Shown: positions 51,134 through 63,400 of the stretch, one piece after another
How positions within the stretch are numbered: position 1 is the first letter of the stretch
Layout of the letters: each line of letters begins with the position of its first letter
Assembly (NCBI GenBank): GCA_039621445.1
Contig: CP154954.1
Location: 10,931,521 to 10,995,520, forward strand
DNA length: 64,000 bases
Direction: 5' to 3'
From: Euglena gracilis
Taxonomy: Eukaryota
Notes under the pieces: generated by a model
Told to the model about the DNA's origin: nothing
The model's input: the letters and a program-made list of their open reading frames with translations, nothing else
Database searches by the model: none
Translations under genes and position numbers: made by a program

Positions 51134-54100
51134 ATGCAAAGCACAGGCCCCAACCATCAATTCAATTATGCCTTATTACAGGCATCATTGCAAGACATTG
51201 ACCAGGAAAATGGGGATTGGAAGCTTTTATGTGAAAGTGCTTCCAGTTCCCACGCCGATGAGGCACAATTGATTCAATTGTCACAATTGCAACACTTGTC
51301 ATCATTGACAGTGGTCGGCGATGAGCCCTCCACATCATTGGCTTCAGAGGCTAATGCGGCCTCTTCCGCACTCACCTTGCCACAACGGGGGTATTCGCCT
51401 CTGTCTGCGGCAATGGTGCAGCTGCACACACCGGAGAGACCCGTGGTGATTCCGCCACCGGGCTTCTCTGGTGGTGGTGGGCTAGAAACCCCGTGTTTCT
51501 TTCAACCCCCACCGGCTCTTCCACCGGCAAGCCCTTACGGAGCTTTGCCACCACCCCCCGATATCGGGTGCTATCCCGCACTACCTTGGCAACCGGAGAC
51601 TCGCCTCGTGGTGCCGGAATTCTCCGGTACATCCCAACCCATGGATGACTATGGGAAGGGCACTGGTGAGCTCCTCACTGCTGAGGATGTGCAGGATATT
51701 GTTGCTCGGCTTCCAGGGGATCACCCCCTTGTGAGGCAGTTCAATCATGTGCAACAATGCGTTGCAGAGTGTGCAACCGCATTGAACAAAGTGCTTCAAT
51801 TTGATGAGGACAACCAGAAACATGTCTTCACCAAGCTGGAACACTGCTGGAATTACTTGCAGGAAGTTGGCAGATATTGCCAGAGGAATTTCGAAAGTGC
51901 GGGTATTGACCTTGCAAACTTTCGGGAAACCTTTGACAGAATATGCCAACAGCTCCCGCAAAACTTCCGGCAAATTAATGAATGCATGCATGAAGCGGAA
52001 ACGCGGAATGACTCCAAGTTTCTGCACTTGCATGGATCACTACAACAGTTATCGGGACAAATGGAGTCCTGTTCATCTGCGTTGTTGCATTTGCAACAAC
52101 AGTTGCATGCACGAGATTCCTCGTCTGCAACATCCAGCAGTTGTGGATTTGTGTCTATGGACCATTTCACCACATTGTCTGCAACTTTCCATGAATCGCA
52201 ACACCGCATTATGCAGTTGTGCGATGAAACGGAAAAGTTTCGGCACTTCCGGTCACAAGCCAACGAGAATTTTGCTCCCCACACGTATGTGCGGCAGTTG
52301 GAGGAGCGACTTTCCCGTTTGGAGCAGAAAACCTGCTATTGTGACGGGAATAGGGTTGGATTATCCAATCTGAGCGCGAAAGTCGCAGAAATGGCACAAC
52401 GGCAGGATTCCCTGCAGTTGCAGTTGCAATCCGACATTGGCGGGATTAACTCGGCCATTGCGGGTTTGCAACAAAGCTATTCCGCACTTTCCCACCGAGT
52501 TCCGGACATTAGCGGTGTTCAGACTGCTATTGGAGAACTCCAGACCCGGTATGCATCGGTGTCTACCAAAGTAACGGAAATGCAGTCTCTACCTGCAGGT
52601 TCCAGTTCTCGAATTACCGAGAACCCTGATTTCAAGGCATTTTATGACAAAATGCTCACTAACAATCAGGAAACCTTGCAAGATTTCTGCAACAGCCTAT
52701 TACGGCTTGAGGAATCGGTGAATCGGAATGCCCGATCCACGCAAAGTGATATTACCAGGTTGGATGAGCGAATTTCCGCGTTGGTGGATAAGCCACAACC
52801 CAGAAATTTGCCCGTGGGTACCACGACCGCGTTCTCGGATAACCCTGCACCGGTTGCACCCACCACCACACCAACCAAGGTAACATCACCTTTGCAGATT
52901 CTCTCAAATGCTGTAAAAGCATTAATGGGACAACTCCAATTATTGGATAAGTCTCACGGGAAACTTGTCCAAGATGTTACCGGAATTTCCGAAAGGATTC
53001 CGCACTTGGATGACTTTTCCCGTTACCGCAAGTGTATTCGCGCTTTGGAGGATGAAGTTGACCGTATTTGCGGCCAACTCCAACTCGTTGAGCATTTGGA
53101 GCAAAGTGTGCATGACTTGTCTGTGGGTTTGGATAATGTGTCCAACCAATAGCGGGTTTCACACCGAAATTCGGCAGTATGCATTGCCGATGATGCGCCA
53201 AATGTTCCAGAGTCGCGTTTTCATAACCCGGCTCTGGGTGCACATGCACCACCACCACCCGTGTCCCGAGTGTCACAATCCGCGATTCCGCGAATTGTGC
53301 CACCATTGGCCTTGTCCACAACCCAAACCCAGTTTTCGGATGAATCTCCCATTACGGGAACCGAATTCGCGGAAAACATGGCGATTCTGCCAAGTCTCCA
53401 CCAAGAAATCCATCATTCCATGCTTGTGCGTGGAATGAGCCAAACCCGTACACCGGGAGTGGGTCACATGTTGCATGCGCGACATACCCCCACACCGGAG
53501 AGTCTCCCTATTACGGGTGACCAACAGGGTTTGCGACCGGATTTCCGGTACCAGGATTCACCTTCACCAGAAATTTCGCGATTCCGACAAGAATCCGGAA
53601 AGGATACGCTTGGTGCTCGAGCGTACCCAGGCCCGAATCCACGGAATACCACCGAGGGCCAACGGGTTTTTCAGAAAGACTTCAAGGGCACCATCGCAAT
53701 CGCGAACAAGGTGAAACCCCAGTGGGATGGTGATCCAACCACATGGAGACAGTTTTTCCGGGACTAGGAGTACTACTGGGCATTGAAAGGGACAACCCAG
53801 GACACAAACCCGGAGGTGATCAAGATGGAATTCATCGATTGCCTCCCTAGGGATGAAAAGGAGCGCGCGCGACAACTCGTCATTCGCTACCGCGTTTCCT
53901 TTGATGACCTGGTGGAGCAATATGCTTCCACCAGTTCAAGTTTGGTCGCTAGGATTACCCTGGAGACCAAGTGGCGGCAATGCGCCCCACCCGATCGCAA
54001 GTGGAAGTCCATTGACCTTTGGTATGCCAAATGGTTAGGACTTGCCGCTGAAGTGGATGAACTCAGTGAAAAGCAAATGCGCGAACAGTTCGACGCTGTT

Positions 54101-55111
54101 CTCATGCATTTCACGCCTAGCCTCATCAAGGATATCCATCGTGAGGAGTTGGCGGGTAATGCAATGACTCTTGACCAACGCTGGAACTACGTTTCCAAGC
54201 AATTGAAGCTATCACAGCTTCTTGGTCAGATTCAATCCGCGTATACCGCACACCCAACCGCTGGATTACCGGCTGGTTCGGTGAACGCAGTGCAAAAATC
54301 ACCGGTTCCACCCGCTTCACCCACCACGGGATCGAAAACGCGATAGCCGCGTTCTTCGGACCAAGCCACGGATAAAGTGTGCTTTTTGTGCAACAAATCG
54401 GGACATATGTCTCGGGAATGTCCTAATCCTGAAGCGCGAAAGCGTATTCAGAGTCCGCGAGGCTCGACCTCATCACGAGGTTCGGGTTCCTCCGCGTTTT
54501 CACGCCAATCGGGCAATTCACGGTCATCGGGTCCCCGTTCCGGTGGTATTAGCCCCCGGATCCCGTTCCGCGATGAGCGGAAACACGGTACCCCTCGGGG
54601 TAGGTCACCCGATGCCCCGGCCAAGACGCGTGATTCTCATCGCGAGACATCGCGATCGCGTTCGCGAAGCGGATCATCTTCTTCGCGATCCTCATCGGGA
54701 AAACCCCGATACACCGGTCATGGTCGACGGGACACCCGGTCACCACGACGGTCTGACGGGAAATCGGGAAACCGATCCCCCCGTTACCAAGAATCGCGAC
54801 CCAAATCTCGGTGTTCGCTTTGTGGATCGAGTGATCACCACTCATCCAAATGTCCGCGTTCTCGTTCTCCCCGCCCTGGCCAACGTCATCGCGGTATGAA
54901 TCGCGGTGACAAGGGTCACTCCTCCAACCGCCATAAAGTCGGTTTCAAGATATCTTGTTTGGAGGATGACACCCCGGCTTCGGGCAGGGAGGGGGATGAG
55001 ACCACGGATACCGATTTCGACGAGGCCCGCATGGCGGTGCGCACGTTGAAATCCGTTTATACCTCTAAAAGGCCCATAGCCGGCTATTCGGCCGGTTCGG
55101 ACCTGGAGTAG
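51134..55111 (+). pseudogene. gag: Gag (about 1325 codons): long coiled-coil N-terminus, capsid-like region, two zinc knuckles, RS-rich linker; 3 internal TAG
   Basis: ORFs 51101, 53261, 53783 and 54377 share one frame, split by TAG at 53150, 53765 and 54344. Motifs: PQWDGDPTTWRQFFRD*EYYW, CFLCNKSGHMSREC (54380-54421), CSLCGSSDHHSSKC (54812-54853). Confidence 0.85.
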
Positions 55112-58100
55112 GGGAGCCCGAGGTCCGAGGGCACGGACCTCTGGGCTGATGAACAGATGGAGGTAGGACCTGATCAACCCTGCCCCCCCTGCCCATCTGC
55201 CTTTCTGGTCGGTACCCGGAAAATTTTCGGGTCCCCCACCCCCCACTCCAACTTTCCGCTCGGAATGTTGTGCAAAGTAGGAAAGGGTTCATGGGAAAGC
55301 TGGCAAGAAAATGTATTTTCGCCAGGCCCTTCACTTTGCTTACCCCCCATGGAACTTTTGGTCCAAGCGGAAATCAAAATACAAAATTTTTGTGCAAAAG
55401 TCAAAATTCTCATTGACACTGGTTGTCGCATTGCACTACTTTTTCGGTTTGGGTTGATACCAACCCCCCTCTTGGTGAAAGCCAAGAAGCCGATCAAAAT
55501 TACGACGGCTGACAACACCCCTATGTGCGGTGGTGACTTGGGATGCTTTTTGGACATTGTCCTACCCCTCATCCCCAAGCACCACTCACACCCCCCCCAA
55601 CCGCAAAATTTTCCGGATACCTGGGGATATGAATCCGGAATCCATGGTTCTGACGTAATTCTGGGATACCCCTTTTTACGTCAGCACCGGCTGGTAGTGG
55701 ATTGCCACTCCCACGGTTTGCGCACATCACCATTCTCCTCATTGCCCCCCAAACCCTCATCACCTGTGGCGTCAACCGCGATAGCCACCAATTTTTCCAC
55801 ACCGTTTTCGAAAACTTTCACCCCGTTACCAACCACACCAACCAACGTTTTCCACACCGGGTGTACCGAGAAAGTTCACCCCCTGCCCATTGACACACCA
55901 ACGTCCGTTCCCCATGAGGCAGGGCAAGCGAGTAGCGGTACCCCCCTCGTTCCACTGGGTTACAAGACGAAAGCTCAAAGGCCTGAAGTTATAACGGTGT
56001 CGAGTAGTCGCCCAGCTGCACTAATACCCCGTTTTCCACCAGATGTATCGCTTTCAGATACATCTGTATACCCCCCAGCAGCTTCAAAAGCGCATCCCAA
56101 CTTTTACACACACCCCCACCAGACCAACATGCGCGACCAGGACCACTACTCCGACACTACCTTCCAATGTGTGCACTGAAGGAGAATTTCCGCCCAGCCA
56201 GATTTCGATTGTGGATGTCTAGTCCAAACACCAACACTAATCCCGATTTCGCGTAACCATACACTTGGTTGCGGATCGCAATGCGCGACCGTACATCAAG
56301 TGCTCCAACAACGAGGTATTGCCTTGTTGTTTGGGACCGCGAAATCCGTGTCACACACCTCCCCCACCTCCATCTGGCATGATATGGACTGGGTATGTAC
56401 CCATCCAACCCATCAACCCTTGGGAATGCCCCTTGGGAGTGTGGATGACACACCCTTGACCTATGTTTGCGGATCCCTGAATTGCGTTACCGCTCTTCAA
56501 CCCGCGAACCAGGTCGACACCTACGCGATGCGCGTATGGAACGCATTTAATTTTGGTCAATACCGTATTTTGGAGGAATGGTTCTCCAAAATCGCGGCTT
56601 TGGCTGATTCCTTCGATTTGCCGTTGGAAATTGATGCGTTCTCATCAAAAGCGCATGCGCGCTTGTCGCGATATTGGTCGCGACATACCAACGCATTCCG
56701 TAAAATTTGGGGTGATACGGTGCTATGGATGCACCCTCCCCCAAAACTTATTTCGGATGTGGTGGAGAAAATCCTCCGCGATGAAGCGCGAGGAGCTCTC
56801 TTCATACTGGTCAATCCGAATGCGGATTGGTTTCACCAACTATCCTATGTGTGTTTTCATTGGTGGGATTTACCCGCTGATGTACCACTATTTGAGGATT
56901 TTTGTGGTATATTATTACCACCTGTCAAAGAAATCATTTTTCGCGTTTGTTTCTTCGACGCATTCGGAATATCCGATTTGCGTGTGCCAAGATACCTTGG
57001 TACGGATGGGGATGCCACACCCTCAACGCAGATTTCTGCGGTCATTGAGAGTGCGGACCAACATCCCAAGTCTTCTGATTATTGTTCGCGAATTGCTCGC
57101 GAATTCCATGGTGTACTGGATAACCCAGTTTACGCCTGCGACATCGACCCCGCGATTCGCGGTCCGTTCGGTGTTTGCAAAATCGAGCTCAAGGATGGCG
57201 CTAAACCTATGCACCGGAAATTCTTCCGTTGCTCGGGTGAATGCGAACAGGCTCTCAACGAGATGATTGAGAAGCTCATCCAGCGGAAGTGGATTATCCC
57301 TTCCAAGAGCGAGTGGACATCACAAGCTTTTGTGGTGCCCAAACCCGCTGACCAGTCTGGTCAGAAGAAGTGGAGACTGGTGCTGGATTACCGGTACCTG
57401 AACTCCCAAACAAAGGATGACCCCTTCCCGTTACCGCTGATCGAGGATTTGATCACAAAACAATCGGATAACCGGTTGTGGTCAATCTTTGATCTGGAAG
57501 ACGGTTTCCATCAGATGCATTTGCATCCTGATTCGCAACCGTACACGGCATTCGTGACATCCAAGGGTGTGTACCAATGGACGGTACTCCCCATGGGTGT
57601 TAAGAATGGCCCAGCCATGTTTCAACGCATGATCCAGTGGGTTTTGCGCGATTTACCGTTTGCTATGGTGTACATCGATGATGTACTGGTGGGAACCCAA
57701 CCGCCATCCGCGAAATCGGGCGAGGATATCCTCGACCCGCATTATCGCGATGTGCGCGCGGTATTATCCGCGTTCTAAAAGCATGTGCTTTTTGTGAAGG
57801 GTTCCAAAATGCACCTGTTTCGCAAAATTATTAAGTTTTGCGGACACATCCTGAGCAACGGGCAGCGTAAAGCCGCACGCAGTAAGATGGAGGCCATTAA
57901 GAAATGGACTCCTGAGGTCATTAAGACCTTAACGCATTTAAAGGGATTTTTGGGATTAGCCCAGTACTACGCGATTTACATGAAAGATTTCGCGAAAATC
58001 GCGGTACCCCTAACCCGACAACTCAAAAATCGGACACCCGATAACGCAAAAGTCATTTGGGATGACCAAATGCGCGAGGCCTTGAATAAAATCAAGGACT

Positions 58101-58620
58101 TGCTCCTCGAGAACGTGGTTCTCGATATCGCGGATCCATACAAACCGTATGTCCTGGAGGTCGACAGCAGCGATTACGCTGTTGGCGGGGTTCTTAGCCA
58201 GCATAATGCGGCGAATGAACTCCGACCTGTGGCTTTCTTTAGCAGGAAGCTACAGGGCGACAACGGGAAGCGTTCACGGATTATCAGCTCTGCTGCAGAA
58301 AGCAGTCCGCAATTCCGCGCCCGAGTAGCTGCGCAAGGGAGGCCGACAAGGGATAGGACAGGGTTAAATGGGCATTCGCGAAAAGGAGAACTATGCCATT
58401 GTTGTTAATTCTCAGAAAGAAAGTCGCAGGGATAGCCAGCCAGCCTGGCCAGATACTGCGTGGTGGCGGATCCCATGGAGCCTTCACACTGGTTCCCGAG
58501 GACCTGAACAAGGCCATGTCATCAGTGGGCAGAAGATGCCGATAGCATGAGTTCTTGAGCCAGTTTAACCTGGTGGTAGTTTATACCCCAGGTCATACGC
58601 AAAAAGTTGCCCCCTGGTAT
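55112..58620 (+). pseudogene. pol: Pol part 1: aspartic protease, Dam-like methyltransferase, reverse transcriptase, RNase H
   Basis: Same frame as gag to about 58270, with stops at 56177 (TGA) and 57776 (TAA). Motifs: ILIDTGC (55415) and DVILGYPFL; KWRLVLDYRYLN, IFDLEDGFHQM, LPMGVKNGPAMFQ, YIDD (57671); LEVDSSDYAVGGVLSQ, PVAFFSRKL. Indel-scrambled IREKENYAIV and HEFLSQFNLVVVYTPG follow. Confidence 0.92.
56561..56960 (+). other. DNA N6-adenine methyltransferase-like (Dam/DIRS-MT type) domain inside pol
   Basis: YRILEEWF..IDAFSSKAHARLSRYWS..NAFRKIW..VLWMHPPPKLISDVVEKILRDEARGALFIL..ADWFHQL matches the IDxFAS / DAF..W / xPP / I..V..K / W...L pattern of phage Dam and DIRS methylase domains. Recognised by eye only. 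Confidence 0.75.
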
Positions 58621-58850
58621 TATCCTGGGAACCCGGATGAGGGTGATGCGACTTTTCATGGCAGCCATGAGGCTGACCAGTTCGCACGTCGATCCGACGC
58701 TGCGGACAACATGCTCGATTCACTACCGGTTTCCCGGGTGTATCGCAGCATCGCCATTTCACCATTGCGTGGAAGGCGCCGGCGTGGACGCACTGCCGGA
58801 CCCCGTCGCATTACGCGTACGGAAACTCCTACCCCCCTATTTTTCCGCGA

Positions 58851-60302
58851 ATGGGTTATTCGCGTGACCCTATATATAGTACCATTGTGAATAGACGTAG
58901 TAATGGTGAATCCATAGAGAGTTACTCTCTATCACCATTGCGGCTTATTTTCCGGAATGATTCTGGTTATAAATATTGTATACCCCAAGACCTGGTTGAT
59001 GATGTGATTTTGAGCTATCACAACCATGGTCACCCTGGGGCCCCCAAACTTCTTTCACTAGTGGGTCGCAGATATTGCACAACCCTGAGTGAAAAAGAAT
59101 TATATTCGCGCTGTTTGCGAATTTCGCAACGGTGCCAAAATTGTCAGGCTGTAAAACCGCGCAGAGGTACCCCCCCTGGTACGATGGACTTTTTCCCCGT
59201 ACCACCTGACATTTTTACGTCCCTCTGCATGGATTTTCTCGAACTTGAACCTTGCAAAGGATCAGATGACAAAATTTACGATTACGTTTTTGTTGTCGTC
59301 TGTCGGCTGAGTGGGTACATAGTAGCCATTCCATGCCGGAAAGCAGGGTTGACAGCCCAAATTTTGGCATCCATATTCCTGGAGAAATGCATCTGCTTAA
59401 TGGGTTTACCGAACGAAATCGTGAGTGATCAAGATCACTTGATCTCTTCGCGGTTTTTCACAACTTTGTGCGGTTTACTCGGCATTGAGCAGCATTTTTC
59501 CATTATATACCGCCCGAAAGGCAATGGTAGGGCCGAGGCAGCCGTGAAATCCGTTGTCAATATGCTTCGCCTTTCACTGGCTGACTCGGGTAAGAATTGG
59601 TTATCCGTTCTTCATTGTATTTTTTACATCAATACCTTGCCAGGGTTGGTATTACCACACTCACCGTACAAAATTGTTTTCGGACGTGACCCTCCGGCCA
59701 TAGGGGATATCCCCTCGGAGAGACCCGCCCGAAGTAGCGTCAGCTGTGAAACGTGGTTTGCAGAAGTGGAATCACTCCGCTCTGCAGTCCAATCACGTAT
59801 CACAGAAATTCATTCCAACAAACGGAAATCGTTTTTGCAGAACTTCAACACACCTGTGTATAGTCCAGGTGACCGCGTGTGGGTACGGAATAACCGCACC
59901 CGCATGCAATCTTCCAAGCTAGATCCTCTTTGGCTCGGCCCATGCGAAATTTTGGAGAGGTTAGGTAGTAGCGGGCGATATAAAGTTGCCTTGCCCAACG
60001 GGATTGAGGACGTCCATATGGACGACTTCAAACCGTACCTAAGCCCCCCAGACGGAAAAGCTATCCCCTGCCTATATTTCAAGCCCCGTTCCAGATTACC
60101 TGAAACGGACGACTTTGTGGTCGATAAGATAATAGACCACAAGGTCGACAGGGGTGTGCACTACTGGAAAGTTCGCTGGAAAGGGTATGGGCCAGAGGAG
60201 GACACTTGGGAGCCAGCATCCAGTTTTGTTGGATATGTCCAACAGGATTGGAAGCTGTGGAACAAGCGCAATAACATAGACATAAACATAAACACTTTCT
60301 GA
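58851..60302 (+). CDS. pol: Pol part 2: integrase (HHCC, DDE, GPY/F) with C-terminal chromodomain
   Basis: [32 protein letters not shown] and LWLGPCEI. Chromodomain [32 protein letters not shown] at 60114-60227. Separated from upstream pol by frameshifts. Confidence 0.93.
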   Translation: MGYSRDPIYSTIVNRRSNGESIESYSLSPLRLIFRNDSGYKYCIPQDLVDDVILSYHNHGHPGAPKLLSLVGRRYCTTLSEKELYSRCLRISQRCQNCQAVKPRRGTPPGTMDFFPVPPDIFTSLCMDFLELEPCKGSDDKIYDYVFVVVCRLSGYIVAIPCRKAGLTAQILASIFLEKCICLMGLPNEIVSDQDHLISSRFFTTLCGLLGIEQHFSIIYRPKGNGRAEAAVKSVVNMLRLSLADSGKNWLSVLHCIFYINTLPGLVLPHSPYKIVFGRDPPAIGDIPSERPARSSVSCETWFAEVESLRSAVQSRITEIHSNKRKSFLQNFNTPVYSPGDRVWVRNNRTRMQSSKLDPLWLGPCEILERLGSSGRYKVALPNGIEDVHMDDFKPYLSPPDGKAIPCLYFKPRSRLPETDDFVVDKIIDHKVDRGVHYWKVRWKGYGPEEDTWEPASSFVGYVQQDWKLWNKRNNIDININTF

Positions 60303-60356
60303 AACGATTTCGTTTTGGAGAATGCGTGTGTTTTATGTGAATGTTTCGCGTTTATA

Positions 60357-60396
60357 CCCCCCCCTGCACTTCATTATTTCTCTATCTTTCTCGCAG
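60357..60396 (+). promoter_or_regulatory. Splice acceptor (cis or SL trans) upstream of the extra ORF
   Basis: Polypyrimidine tract CTTCATTATTTCTCTATCTTTCTCGCAG; the first ATG after it is the ORF start at 60498. Confidence 0.6.
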
Positions 60397-60497
60397 AGTT
60401 TTGATTAAGATAGAAGCCTTGCTTTTTCAGTGCTCTCGCACTCAAAGCGACTGACAACAAGGTTACCCTTAGTTGTCGTCGTCGTTCGGGTAGCATC

Positions 60498-63400
60498 ATG
60501 CTGCCTGGGCGCGGACCTGGACCAGGTCCACCATGGCCGCAGCCTTCTGGCGCGCCATACCCCCAGTACCCTCAGTATGCTGAGGCCCCGATTCCGGGTG
60601 CCCCACATGCTGAGAGGGTTTCAGCCCCGGTATTCGCCGCGGCTACCAGCAGCCGGTCCGCATATGCGGTACCAGATCCATCTGCCGTCCAGCAGCCGGC
60701 ACCTCAGCCACCAGCGCAGCGCAGATCGCGCCTGCCCCCGTATGCGGGAGAGATGATCTTCCGCACTACGGAGACGTTGGAGCGGGCGATGCGTATGTGC
60801 GCACACCCCCCAACGGAGCCCTTTATGCAAGCCCTTTGGGATGCATACTGTGCTCAGTTGTTGGTGGTAGCCAACACCCCTGTGGCTCAGTGGTGTCCCT
60901 GCGGTCAAGCCCTGATGACAGGGAGACGGTATTTCTCGTCGGCATCCGATTCCGGATTCGAGCCGGGTGAGACTATGATGGACCTGGGCGTGTATGTGCC
61001 GCCCATGCTGCAAACGCAGACGCCGGTGGGATCCCACACCGTGCATATGCGTGAGCACACGCCCCCACCGGTAGGTGAGGCTGTGCATGTCCCACCTGGG
61101 ATGACGAGAAGTTTTGCTCGCCCGCCCTCGCCGCAGCGAATGCCGCCGCGCGAGCCGCCAGCGGAGCAATTTGTCTCGCGGTACGCGACGCACGCGGATT
61201 CCCCGCGCGGCGCACGCGTGCTCCCAGCCGGACAGTCGGACGTGCCCTCGGAGGCATACGTCCAACACATGTTCATGCACTGGATGCCACAGGCATCACC
61301 GGTCGTCCCTGTCCCGGGCGTTGAGCCACGGCGGCAAGTGGAGCCCATAGTGGTGGAGGATGAACCTCCCCGCCATGCTGCAACTCGACCGCCCAGTGCA
61401 CCTCCTGTCCAACCCGGGGATGTCCCGCGTCGGCAGGACGCTCCCTACTACCACATGGCACCTCCGGGAACCGAGCAGGATGAGCTTGCTCGGCATTTCC
61501 TGCAGGAGCCAGTATTCACGTCTGAAGAGCATCAGGCGAGGTATTACTCCTCGCTGGCCGCCCTTCAGGGCCGTGGATACACCCCGTACCATCCGTACCA
61601 ACCGCAGCTGCGGGTGGCGACCCCGGTATTACCCGGTGAGCCCCCGGCAGGAGCGGCAGGATTACCTGCCACCCTGAAGCGCGATAGGGTTACGGAGAAC
61701 CTTACCCCACAGCCCAGGCGACCCAGCCCACGGGACGCGGAAGGCGGTGTGGCAATGCAGGTGGAAGCCAGCCCGGATACCCCGGCTGGGCAACCACCGG
61801 CAGTGGCACAGGCAGCGATGAGCCGTCCTGTTGCCGCAATGCCACCGCCGATCCCTCCGGTATGGAAGGAGCCGCGACCCCCTACGCCGACATCAAGCCC
61901 ACGCCAGGCTCCTAGCCAGCGCGCAGCCACGCCGTCACCGCGACGTGCAGCGGAACGGCAAGGTCCCTCCCCAGAGATGGAATGGGAAGGTACCGAACCG
62001 CCTCCTGCCGCACCGAGCGCCCGACCCTCTGGTATTCGCCAGACAGGGAAGGATAAAGGTAAGGCTGAGGGCAAAGTCAAGGGAGAAGGCAAAGGCGTGG
62101 CCGGCAAAGGTAAGGCTGAGGGCAAGGGTAAAGGTACAGCCCGTGAGGAGGAGGAAGAACCAGCAGAAGTCCTCTCGGACTTTGAGCAAATGCTCAGATT
62201 CAAGGAGGAGCTGGAGGACGAAGGCTGGCGAATGCAGCATGATTACCATGTTGCAGGAAACCGCCCCGTCACCCCTCCGGAAGCAGTCATCGAGGTGGTA
62301 TTACACCACACCGAGAACAGAGTCAGACAATTCCATTACGGAATTGACCTGTACGCCTTCGAAGGTGAAGGTGGCAGACCCTTGCTGGATGCCCAGCCGG
62401 GTTTCTGGGAACTCTGGTTTTGGCTGGGATACCCCTGCCAGAACTGGGGTCTCTTCAGCGACTCCACTGGCCGCAGTTACCTGCACCAGTTAGGATTTCG
62501 GGACCAGCATGTGTTGGCCCGAAGGCTGAAGGCAATCTTCGACTGTATTCACACAGTCGGGCCCCTCGGTGTGCAGTGGAAATACTACCCACTGAACCCC
62601 GACATCGAACGCCTGATCGAGGTGTTGTGGTGCAACAACCTCCAGGTGTGGCTGGTGAGCCATTACGGCTCCACCTTCCGCGTTAAGCGCGTTTCCCTGG
62701 CTTACCCACAGAGGTATGACCTCTGTTGTAAGTATTGCCGGCAGGAGTTTCCTGTCGACTTCTGGTGATTCGGCGTACGCGGAAGTCCTCCACCGCCTCG
62801 GGATAACCCGGGACTGGAGATGGGACGCCGCATGCTTATGCATGTGTGCCGCGACGCCCCGGATGTCCAGGGCAAAAGTCGCCGCGTCCATAAGCAGCGT
62901 ATTTTTATGCTGCAACAGTTCTGGTGGCGAGCCTGAACGACCTATGTCATGGAGGTGTATATACATCTCCGTGACCCCCAGGACGATAGGCCTGGTATGG
63001 AAAGCTTGCCACCAGACTACGGCGACCCCGTTGAGGGACCTCGTCGTCGTCGCGTTATCGCCGACCTGCGCCCCAACTGGCACCTGGCCGGGATAGACCT
63101 GGAGGAACATTTGAGGCGACAGTTTGGCGGTACCCTCGACAGGAAGGTATTCCTCCAGCTGATGAATCACCCGAAGGCCATCCTCGACCTGGGTATGCCG
63201 ATTCTGGCATGCGTGCAGGAGTTCGAGGACGGGTTTTTCGAGGTCTGGGAGGACACGCGTTACCGCAGCTTCCTGGGCCCGAACAGGCCTGCCAACGCTT
63301 GGGTGCAGCCATCATGGCCACCACCCTGGCCCAACAGCGCCAGTAGCAGTACGCTGGTCTTTTACAGGCTGGCGGATGCCCAGGGATGCCGATGGCACCC

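Noticed and set aside
51134-57778. Stop-codon reassignment explaining in-frame stops without frameshifts
   Set aside because: The stops are of all three types and appear to replace different residues, while host genes here end in TAG and TGA. Point decay is simpler, except possibly TAG 55109.
62490-63170. 226-aa antisense ORF
   Set aside because: Shadow of the GC-rich + strand ORF3 frame with no recognisable motif.
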